In this document: piece after piece, positions 46,181 through 53,782 of the stretch
Position numbering within the stretch: position 1 is the first letter of the stretch
How the letters are laid out: each line of letters starts with the position of its first letter
Assembly (NCBI GenBank): GCA_964539775.1
Contig: CAZIKE010000006.1
Coordinates: forward strand, 8,289-62,070
Reading direction: 5' to 3'
Source of the DNA: an uncultured Chitinophagales bacterium
GTDB taxonomy: Bacteria > Bacteroidota > Ignavibacteria > UBA10030 > UBA6906
DNA length: 53,782 nt
Translations under genes and position numbers: made by a program
Notes under the pieces: model-generated
What the model was told of the DNA's origin: nothing
What the model saw: the letters and a program-made list of their open reading frames with translations, nothing else
Databases searched by the model: none

Positions 46181-47941
46181 TCACGCCGGGTTTCCTACAA
46201 CCTTGAGCACCATCATCGTGATGTCATCGGATTGCTGGGCGCCGTCGGCGTGGGCGAGGATGTCCTGGTGCAGGCGATCGAGAATGCATCGCGCCGATTC
46301 GCCGCTGAGCCGCCGCAGAGCAGATTCAATGCGTGCCTCGCCGTACTCCTGCGAGTTGCGGTTCATGGCTTCGCTGACGCCGTCGGTGAACAGGAAGAGA
46401 AGATCGCCGGGAGAAAGCTGCACGCGGGCTTCCTCATAGGGAAGCGTCGTTTTCATCACGCCGAGAATCATGCCGCCTTTGTCGAGGCGCTGGAACGAGC
46501 CGTCGGCGTGGAGCAGATAGGGATAGTTGTGGCCAGCGTTCACGTAGGTAAGCGTCATTGCCGTCGGATCGAGGAATCCCCAGAAGAAGGTGACGAACTT
46601 GTTGCCGCCCGTGTTCTCGCACATCAGGTCGTTCACGCGGCACGTCAATTCGGAGAGTGAAAGCTCCAGCGGTACCAGCGCGCGAATGCTCGCCTGGATG
46701 TTCGCCATCAGCAACGCAGCGGGCGTCCCCTTGCCGGAGACATCCCCGATCGCAATCACGTAACGATTCGGCGGAACCGGGATGATGTCGTAGTAATCTC
46801 CACCCACCTGTTTCGAGGAGATGTTGGTTGCCGCGATGTCGATACCCGGTATTGTGGGGAGGACGCTCGGCAGTAACCCTTTCTGGATTTCTCGTGCGAT
46901 CAGCAGCTCATCTTCGAGTTTCTGCTTTTCGATCGTCTCCTTGAACAGTCGGGCGTTTTCCAGGGAGATCATCGCGAGGTTTGCCAGTGAACTAAGGAAT
47001 TCGAAGTCCGCTTCGGCGTAGGGCTGACCGTTCAACCGTTCCCCCAGGATCATGAGGCCCTTGTTCTCACCCTGCAAACTCATCGGCACGACAAGCTTCA
47101 TATTCAAGGCAGAGAGAACATCTCGTGCATCCTGAACATGCGCGTGAGTCAGGTTGGGCACAAGTGTCGCCGTCTTGAGTGTGAGCAAGGTTTGCAGGAG
47201 TTCGGATTGCGGGATGGCGCCATCGACGCGGGAAGCAGCCACGCGTACGTCAAGCCCTTGCTTCAGGCAAATGATGTAGCGGCTCACGCCCACCTGACCG
47301 AGCAACGAGAAGACCAACAGCCGGATCAACTTGTCCGCATCCAGGAGTGCTCCAAACTCCTTGCTTAAGTCGAAGAGTGTGTTCAGCTCTTGAATTTTTC
47401 TATCCAGCTTGCGATTGATCTGCCGGACTTCCTCAACGGTACGGCTCTTCTCGATCGCCGCCGCCGAGATGTTTGCGAGCGAGCGGAGGTAGGTAATCTC
47501 GCGCGACTGCAGCTTCTTTTGTGCAAATCGTTCACCGAAGGCCAACAAGCCGATGGGTTTGTCCGCGATGCACATGGGGAGGAGGATCTTGACGCCGTTG
47601 CGTTTGAAGAACTTTACCCAGGGATACCGCCCGACGTTTACCGTGTCTACGGAGAACAGGGAAGGCGGGAGGCGGTTGATGTGCAGCGTGCTTCCGACGA
47701 TCTCTTGCGGAAACCCTTTGGCCATCACCACGGTGAACTCGGTAGCGTTGTTTGCCAGGATCACCATTCCTTTGCTGGAGAGAATCTTCCCCATGATGGT
47801 GAGGAGGATATGACTGAAGATGAAGTGAGGGTCCAACGACGAGGTGATGACTTTGCTGAACTCGAAGAGAGCGGCGTGCTCAAAGTAACTCGCGTACGAT
47901 GAGGAGAGTGAGGTCTTCCGTTTCGTGCGTGATGGTGGCAT
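46181..47941 (-). CDS. RsbU/SpoIIE-type PP2C phosphatase with two GAF domains
   Basis: AREIQKGLLP, VGGDYYD, GDVSGKG, NAGH, FTDGVSEA, DDITM. Confidence 0.9.
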   Translation of the reverse strand: MPPSRTKRKTSLSSSYASYFEHAALFEFSKVITSSLDPHFIFSHILLTIMGKILSSKGMVILANNATEFTVVMAKGFPQEIVGSTLHINRLPPSLFSVDTVNVGRYPWVKFFKRNGVKILLPMCIADKPIGLLAFGERFAQKKLQSREITYLRSLANISAAAIEKSRTVEEVRQINRKLDRKIQELNTLFDLSKEFGALLDADKLIRLLVFSLLGQVGVSRYIICLKQGLDVRVAASRVDGAIPQSELLQTLLTLKTATLVPNLTHAHVQDARDVLSALNMKLVVPMSLQGENKGLMILGERLNGQPYAEADFEFLSSLANLAMISLENARLFKETIEKQKLEDELLIAREIQKGLLPSVLPTIPGIDIAATNISSKQVGGDYYDIIPVPPNRYVIAIGDVSGKGTPAALLMANIQASIRALVPLELSLSELTCRVNDLMCENTGGNKFVTFFWGFLDPTAMTLTYVNAGHNYPYLLHADGSFQRLDKGGMILGVMKTTLPYEEARVQLSPGDLLFLFTDGVSEAMNRNSQEYGEARIESALRRLSGESARCILDRLHQDILAHADGAQQSDDITMMVLKVVGNPA

Positions 47942-47956
47942 GCACTCCGTGAGGGG

Positions 47957-48376
47957 CTAACGGGGAAGATGCTTGACGAGGCGGACACGATTCTGCTTGC
48001 CCGGCTCGATGTGGTATTCCACTTTATCCATCAGAGATTTCATGAGGTAAACACCGAGGCCGCCGCGCTTATACTTACTGATGTACTCCTTCATGTTCGG
48101 CAAGGGGACCTTGGCGGGATCGAATTGCCGTCCCGTGTCGACAATGAGAACTTCGAAATCGCCGTCTGTGTCCTGGACGGTGATGGTGATCTTTTTCCTG
48201 CTGTCGTAACGGTAAGCGTGCTTGATCACGTTCGTGCAGGCCTCATCGACAGCGAGCGCAATCTTGCTCACCTCTTCGTCGTTGAATCCCGACGCATAGG
48301 CTGCCCGAGACACGAAGTCCCGCACGGCAACGAGCTGGTCCGTTCGGCTGTCTATTTTTAGCGTCTGCTTCTTCAC
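47957..48376 (-). CDS. rsbW: RsbW-like anti-sigma factor / serine kinase
   Basis: LAVDEACTNVIKHAY, DTG..FDP, GGLGVYLMKSLMD. Confidence 0.85.
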   Translation of the reverse strand: MKKQTLKIDSRTDQLVAVRDFVSRAAYASGFNDEEVSKIALAVDEACTNVIKHAYRYDSRKKITITVQDTDGDFEVLIVDTGRQFDPAKVPLPNMKEYISKYKRGGLGVYLMKSLMDKVEYHIEPGKQNRVRLVKHLPR

Positions 48377-48394
48377 AAATCTACCGGTGCGGCA

Positions 48395-48748
48395 TCATTT
48401 CTTGTCGTTGAACTTCTTGATGGCCTCTGCCTCGTGATCGAAGATCTCGTAGAGAAGCGGAAACCCCAACAGGTCGAACACGTTGTAGACCTTCTTCGAC
48501 ATATTCGAGAGTTTGATGTCGCCCGACCTGTTGCGTACATCCTCGATGAACGCCATGAAGACGCCAAGCCCCGCACTACTGATATACGAGAGTTCCCGGC
48601 AATTGACGACGATCTTTGTCCGGTTCGCCTTCAACAGTTCCTGGAACGTCTCCTCTAACTTGGGCGCTGTGTGCGCATCGAGGTAGCCCTTCAGCTCGAT
48701 CACGCTCACGTTGCTTGCCTCTCGCTGGGCAATCTTGAATTCACTCAT
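48395..48748 (-). CDS. rsbV: RsbV-like STAS anti-anti-sigma factor
   Basis: GYLDAHTAP, YISSAGLG phosphoacceptor motif; GGAGGA RBS before ATG 48748. Confidence 0.88.
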   Translation of the reverse strand: MSEFKIAQREASNVSVIELKGYLDAHTAPKLEETFQELLKANRTKIVVNCRELSYISSAGLGVFMAFIEDVRNRSGDIKLSNMSKKVYNVFDLLGFPLLYEIFDHEAEAIKKFNDKK

Positions 48749-48768
48749 TCGTTCTTCCTCCAAAAATT

Positions 48769-50907
48769 CTATCCGACATGCGTTGCATCCCCCAGCCACT
48801 TTACGACAACAATCGTCACGTCATCGTCGCTCTCCGGCTTGTCCGCGTGAGCCTCCACGGACTGCAGGATATCCTTCACGACTGCCGAAGCAGGTTTGTG
48901 TCGTGCTGCAGCCACCGTTTGCAGCAGTCGTTCATATCCAAACTCGTCGTCCCCACGGCGCGCCTCTGTCACACCATCGGTGTAGAACACGCACACGTCT
49001 CCCGGCCGCAAGCGGATCGAGTATTCCTCCATGCTCGACTCGAATGCCGGGCCGGTGGAGAGGCCCAGCCCCATGCCGCCGGGCCGAACGTACGTGACGT
49101 TGTCTCCCGAGAGATGCAACAGCGGACAATGGCCTGCGCGTGCTAGGGTGAGTGCGCCTGTTGCCACATCCATCACTGCGTAAATTAAGCTAACAAAGGA
49201 ATGTTTGTCAATCGAACCGGAGAGCGCTTCGTTTGCCTTCAGCATAAACGCACGCGGCGACGGGTACAAACGACTGAGCGATTGAAAGATGCCTTTCACT
49301 TCGGACATGTAGAACGCGGCCGAAACGCCTTTGCCGGATACATCGCCGACCACGATGCCTACCTTCCTGCCCTCAAGCTCGACCACGTCGTAGTAGTCTC
49401 CACCGACCTCAAATGCGGGGATCGAGCTTGCATCAATTTCGAACGTCGGATAGGAGGGAAGAGATTGCGGCAGGAGCTTGCGTTGAATCTCCTGTGCCAC
49501 GGCCATCTCACGCAAGAGGCGCTCACGCTCGATCGACTTTCGAATCAATCTCGAGTTCTCGATGGCAATCGTTGCCTGATCGGCAAAGGCGGAGATGACA
49601 TCCACGTCGTCGTGAAAGAAGCCGAACGGCGCCTCCTTTGTTGCATACAGGATGCCCGTCATACCCGTATGCGAGACAAGTGGCACCACCACCAACGATC
49701 CGATATTCAGGTGCAGCCTGGCGAACCGGCTTTCCCGCTGAACATCGTCCACCACGATCGGCTTGCGGTGCTCGATCACTTCCTCACGTAGCGTCGGCTT
49801 TCCAGCCGAGAGCAGCGTTTCGATGTCCTCTACCGCGATGTTCTTTCTTCCCACCAAGCTCACAACATAGTCACCGACAATGGGCTGCTGTGCGGGGCTG
49901 TGGGTTCTTTTGACGCCGATCGTTGCTTGCTCGCCTGCCGGTTGGAGAACCTCCAGCCAGCAGCTCTTTGCCTCGCATACCTGCAGCGTCATGCTCGTCA
50001 CGGTCTCCACCAACTGATCGAAATCGAACGCCTGCGTGACGAGCTTGCCAAGATTGTGCAGCGATGTCACCTCGGTGGATTTCCGTTCGAATGCCTCGGC
50101 CGTCGGCAGGTGGAAGAGTGTACTGATAAACGCCATGCCGAAATAAATGTTGGCAAAAATCGTCGTCAGGAACACAAACCGGTTGAGGGGGTAAGAATGG
50201 TACAGCAACGACTTGCCGATGATCCCGCGTTCGCTTCCCACCATGACGTTCAGCCCGATCAGGACGAGAACCAGGATGAACCCATAGGCCAGTCCGAACA
50301 TTTTTTCTCTTTTCGTGAGATACACGATCCAGGGCAGGCGGAACGAGTTGACGACGGCAAACAGGATCGCAAATCCTATGACAATGTGTGTGAAGATGCT
50401 GCTCTCCAGGGGGTCGAGCGGAATGACCGATGCCGATGCAGCGAACGTGAGACCGAGAAAGATGGAGAAATTCCGCTTCGTCTCCTGCTTGGCCTTGAAC
50501 AATACCAGCCCCCGGAGAAGACGGAAGACCAGCACGACGAACACCCCGAGCGTGATGCTTACGAAGGTGGCAATAAACAATTGCCCGTACGTCAGGGGGA
50601 TCAGGACATTCTCTTTGACGTCGAAGTTGTCGTCGGTAATGCCGCTGATGGCAACGCAGAAGAGGGCTGCGAAGATGGAGTAGATCATCGCCAGCCCTAC
50701 GCGTTTGATGGGTGGAAGGGCGTGGTGGACTTTTTTTACTTCGAGGTAGATGTAGAGGAGAACGAACGCGCCGATGATGAAAAGCTCCCGTGCAACTGCA
50801 AGTCCGGCAATGTTCAGCTCTACGTTCTTGCGGATCACGTCGATGATGAACACCAGCAGGAACGCAAGCAGTGAGCCGAGCAGGTATAGCACACGAGGCA
50901 GCTTCAT
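48769..50907 (-). CDS. Membrane-anchored GAF plus SpoIIE PP2C phosphatase
   Basis: About 8 N-terminal TM segments, GAF, AQEIQRKLLP, VGGDYYD, GDVSGKG, YTDGVTEA, DDVT. Confidence 0.9.
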   Translation of the reverse strand: MKLPRVLYLLGSLLAFLLVFIIDVIRKNVELNIAGLAVARELFIIGAFVLLYIYLEVKKVHHALPPIKRVGLAMIYSIFAALFCVAISGITDDNFDVKENVLIPLTYGQLFIATFVSITLGVFVVLVFRLLRGLVLFKAKQETKRNFSIFLGLTFAASASVIPLDPLESSIFTHIVIGFAILFAVVNSFRLPWIVYLTKREKMFGLAYGFILVLVLIGLNVMVGSERGIIGKSLLYHSYPLNRFVFLTTIFANIYFGMAFISTLFHLPTAEAFERKSTEVTSLHNLGKLVTQAFDFDQLVETVTSMTLQVCEAKSCWLEVLQPAGEQATIGVKRTHSPAQQPIVGDYVVSLVGRKNIAVEDIETLLSAGKPTLREEVIEHRKPIVVDDVQRESRFARLHLNIGSLVVVPLVSHTGMTGILYATKEAPFGFFHDDVDVISAFADQATIAIENSRLIRKSIERERLLREMAVAQEIQRKLLPQSLPSYPTFEIDASSIPAFEVGGDYYDVVELEGRKVGIVVGDVSGKGVSAAFYMSEVKGIFQSLSRLYPSPRAFMLKANEALSGSIDKHSFVSLIYAVMDVATGALTLARAGHCPLLHLSGDNVTYVRPGGMGLGLSTGPAFESSMEEYSIRLRPGDVCVFYTDGVTEARRGDDEFGYERLLQTVAAARHKPASAVVKDILQSVEAHADKPESDDDVTIVVVKWLGDATHVG

Positions 50908-51037
50908 CGCGCAGTCAGGATGCTCAAACGATCAGTCGGTACACAATGGCAAAGCCATCCCCTCGGGACAGGTTCCAGTGGTTGTTCGGAAAAGCGGGTT
51001 CATTGTTACAGCGGCCTGCGTGGGTGTTCCAGAAAGC

Positions 51038-51077
51038 AAAAACGGCGAGCGGAGGAGCAGACCACCCTCCCTCGCCG
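51038..51077 (-). terminator. Intrinsic terminator after the TPR gene
   Basis: Minus strand CGGCGAG-GGAGG...CCTCC-G-CTCGCCG followed by TTTTT. Confidence 0.7.
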
Positions 51078-51098
51078 ATGAAGCCTTGTACCCGCGAG

Positions 51099-51791
51099 TT
51101 ATGTCGCCGAAAGTTGTGCAATGTAGCGATCTGCTTCTCGCCCGAACGCCGTGGTCGGATAATCCTTCTTGAGCTTCTGGTACAGCTCCAGTGCCCGCTC
51201 CTTCTTTCCTGCCAGCGCATAGTTCCTCGCCGCGGCGTTGAGGTTCTCTGCCGCGTTGACATCCTTCGGGTAGCTCAGTGCCGCCTTCTCGAAGTTCTCC
51301 GCCGCTTTCTCGTACTCCCCTCGAGCTTCGTAACATCCGGCGATGCCTGCCAGACGCGCGACCGCCATAAGTGGATCGGTGGCGGTGAAGTCTTGAAAGA
51401 ACGTGAGAGCCTCGTCGTATTTGCCAAGCTCATAGTACGCTCCGGCGAGATAGAACTTTGCAAGGTTGCCGCTGTCGGTCCCGCCGTAATTTTCCACGAT
51501 GGCTTTCAACCCCATGATGTTGCGCTCCGGCACTCCGTCGATGGCAACCGTATACTGTCCGTTGTCGAAGTATGTGTACACTTTACCAAGCGCTGCGGTT
51601 GCCTTCTCGTTATTATCCGCCTTGTTCTTCGCGTAGATGAACGAGCCGATGATGATTGCGGCGAGGACGCCGACGGCGATGCCGATGTTCTTCTTGTGCT
51701 GTTCGTACCAGCTGGTTGCTTTCGCGACCGTGATCAGCAATGCGTCTTGCTTGAGTTCCCGTTTGGTGATCTTCTTCTGTGCCTTCAGCAT
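51099..51791 (-). CDS. Membrane-anchored tetratricopeptide repeat protein (YfgM-like)
   Basis: Basic N-terminus, single TM, TPR motifs (YLAGAYYELGKYDEAL, IAGCYEARGEYEKAA). Confidence 0.82.
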   Translation of the reverse strand: MLKAQKKITKRELKQDALLITVAKATSWYEQHKKNIGIAVGVLAAIIIGSFIYAKNKADNNEKATAALGKVYTYFDNGQYTVAIDGVPERNIMGLKAIVENYGGTDSGNLAKFYLAGAYYELGKYDEALTFFQDFTATDPLMAVARLAGIAGCYEARGEYEKAAENFEKAALSYPKDVNAAENLNAAARNYALAGKKERALELYQKLKKDYPTTAFGREADRYIAQLSAT

Positions 51792-51842
51792 ACGATACGT
51801 TGAAACCTCTTGTGGGTAAAAGAATACTTGATACAGTTCTCG

Positions 51843-51916
<74 letters not shown>

Positions 51917-51932
51917 GGCAAACGCGCTTTTC

Positions 51933-51961
51933 AAGGTATTGAAAAACGGTGTGGTATTCAA
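51933..51961 (-). promoter_or_regulatory. Putative promoter of tRNA-Arg
   Basis: Minus strand TTGAAT - 17 bp - TACCTT. Confidence 0.45.
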
Positions 51962-51965
51962 CCTG

Positions 51966-53654
51966 TTACAGCGTGAGTGCAGTTTCGCTGGTCTTCGAGA
52001 GTTTTCCGGCAACAACAGTAAGTGCGAGGATAAGGATAAGAAGAAGAACCGAGTACGCTGCCGCCGCACCGAAGTTGTACGTCCGCATCTGCGCGAGAAT
52101 CTCGACGGAGATAGGGCGGTTGGCATAGGTGTACAGAAGGATGGACGAGACAAACTCGCCTAACGCGGAAATCATCACCAACAAGCCTCCGGAGATCATG
52201 CCCGGCTTGATCATGGGGATAAGGACGCGGTGGAGGCGGCGCATGGCCCCGGCGCCGAACGTGTCAGCGGCTTCGAGCACCGCATCATCCACGTGCATGA
52301 GCGCGGCAGACGTCGCCCGCACAACAAGCGGAAACATCTTGACGAAATAGGCGAGCGGGAGAATACTATACGTGCCGACGAGGACTCCTCCGCCGGTGAA
52401 CACACTCGGCGTGTTGAATGCGAGGATGAGACTGATGGCGATCACCGTTCCGGGAACGGCGTAGGGGAGCGTTGCGACGGTGTCGAACAGAAGACGCCAA
52501 CGGCGCAGCATCCCTTTGGTGAGGAGGTACGCTACACTTACCCCCACAATCAGCGTCGCCGCCACGGTGAGTATACTCATTGTCACGCTATTGAGAATCG
52601 GGAGGAAAACGGCTTTGTCCGAGAACAGCTTCACATAGTTTTCCATGGTGTATGCCTCCGGCAAGATTTGCCACGTCCACGATCCTTCTTGCGTGAACGA
52701 GATCATAACGATCGCCAGCAGCGGGAGCATTTCGACAAGAAGAAGAACAATACTGATCGGAAGAAGTACGGTGCGAGCGGCAGTTCCCAGAGGCAAGGTG
52801 CCGCGCCGTGCTACTCCTTTCGTCGCTCTCCCTGCGGCGGGTTCTTCGATCATCCATTTCAAGACAAGGAAGAAGAGAATCGAGATAATGGTAAGCACCA
52901 CCGATACCGCCGCTGCAACATCCATGTCTCCATTCAGCTTTGCAGTATAAATCTGCAAGGTCAGGAAGCGTTTCTCGCCGCCGAACAGCAACGGAGCGGA
53001 AAAGCTGGCCATGCTTGTCATGAAGGTGAGGATGGAGGCGCCGAGCAGTGCCGGCTTCACTTCGGGCAGCACGATGCGCCGAAGCGTTGTGAATCGCGAA
53101 CTGCCGAGCGTCTCTGCCGCCTCCAGCAACGACGCGTCGAGCTGCCGCAGCGCGTTGGAGACAAACAGGTAGAAGTACACATAGAACGAGTACGTGTGCA
53201 CGGCGACGATCGCCGGAATACCTTCGAGCACGATGGGTGCTGCACGCAATCCGAGTGCGGCGCGCAGAAGGCGCGGGAGAATGCCGCTCTCACCGAACAC
53301 CAAGAGAAATGCAATCACCCCCACTAACGGCGGCAGAGCAATAGGAATGACAACAAGCTTTCCAAGCACCTCGCGCAACGGGAACCGCCATTGGGTGAAG
53401 ACGATGGCGAAGAGCATGCCGACGACACAGCTGAAAACCACCGACAACAACGAAACCAACAGCGAGTTGGCAATCGCCTCCATGCTCGCAGCGTTCGAGG
53501 GATGCAGCAGCGTCGTGTACAGGGCAAGCGAGGGTCCCTCTTCGGTGCGCAGACTTTCGCCGACCGTTGTTCCGAGGGGATACAACACGTAACCCGTGTA
53601 CACGTACGCGAGGAGGAGAAGAGGCCCGATCGTTTTCCAGCGCACCCTCTGCAT
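51966..53654 (-). CDS. Fe3+/thiamine-type ABC transporter permease (FbpB/ThiP-like, duplicated TMD)
   Basis: Two EAA loops (LLEAAETLGS, VLEAADTFGAG); about 12 TMs; ATG 53654 overlaps the upstream stop. Confidence 0.88.
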   Translation of the reverse strand: MQRVRWKTIGPLLLLAYVYTGYVLYPLGTTVGESLRTEEGPSLALYTTLLHPSNAASMEAIANSLLVSLLSVVFSCVVGMLFAIVFTQWRFPLREVLGKLVVIPIALPPLVGVIAFLLVFGESGILPRLLRAALGLRAAPIVLEGIPAIVAVHTYSFYVYFYLFVSNALRQLDASLLEAAETLGSSRFTTLRRIVLPEVKPALLGASILTFMTSMASFSAPLLFGGEKRFLTLQIYTAKLNGDMDVAAAVSVVLTIISILFFLVLKWMIEEPAAGRATKGVARRGTLPLGTAARTVLLPISIVLLLVEMLPLLAIVMISFTQEGSWTWQILPEAYTMENYVKLFSDKAVFLPILNSVTMSILTVAATLIVGVSVAYLLTKGMLRRWRLLFDTVATLPYAVPGTVIAISLILAFNTPSVFTGGGVLVGTYSILPLAYFVKMFPLVVRATSAALMHVDDAVLEAADTFGAGAMRRLHRVLIPMIKPGMISGGLLVMISALGEFVSSILLYTYANRPISVEILAQMRTYNFGAAAAYSVLLLILILALTVVAGKLSKTSETALTL

Positions 53655-53782
53655 CACGATTCCTCCGAGAGAAGCGTGCATCGTGACCAATCGATCCGAA
53701 GGCTGACAGCCGTACCCGGCGTCATCTGCTCCGTTGCGGCGGAGCTTATGGCGGTAGCATTGAGCGTAACGTTGCTTGCTTC
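53654..53782 (-). CDS. C-terminal fragment of upstream gene, probably the ABC ATPase (TOBE-like tail); truncated by window end
   Basis: Open frame ...MTPGTAVSLRIDWSRCTLLSEES* ending in a TGATG overlap with the permease start. Confidence 0.55.
   Translation of the reverse strand, partial: EASNVTLNATAISSAATEQMTPGTAVSLRIDWSRCTLLSEES

Noticed and set aside
50908-51098. Possible ncRNA or riboswitch upstream of the Rsb operon
   Set aside because: The main structure is explained by an intrinsic terminator; I recognise no riboswitch or 6S RNA consensus (a covariance-model search would settle it)

Overview
About 54 kb of mostly core chromosome from a moderately GC-rich FCB-group bacterium, most likely Ignavibacteria/Chlorobi-like. 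That placement is an inference from 'QNYPNPF...KMxLxK' type IX secretion C-terminal sorting domains, DUF2795/DUF3276 genes, hprK, AAGGAG Shine-Dalgarno sites and TTGACN-N16/17-TATATT promoters. Housekeeping content: trxA, rmuC, glgB, a CtpA protease, ybeY-smg-topA-xerC-hpf-hprK, an Omp85 protein-holB-metG, nadK, an msbA/GT2/waaL LPS cluster, leuS, an RsbU-V-W-U partner-switching operon, tRNA-Ala(GGC), tRNA-Arg(CCG) and an Fe3+-type ABC permease. The best candidate for an undescribed system is at 1510-3680: a tightly linked ECF sigma factor / XRE-HTH protein / ImmA-IrrE metallopeptidase cassette. It is bracketed by a 24-bp direct repeat (23/24 identical), and the second copy sits in front of a PUR/DUF3276 single-stranded nucleic-acid-binding gene. 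This suggests a protease-triggered, possibly ssDNA/DNA-damage-sensing sigma-factor switch. Also notable: an intact but apparently catalytically dead tyrosine recombinase 4 bp upstream of leuS, four in-frame mini-insertions (mostly hairpin-forming) in two T9SS sorting domains, and a hydrazine-synthase-alpha-like heme protein clustered with secreted proteins, one with an atypical heme motif. All family calls come from motif recognition by eye; no searches were run.
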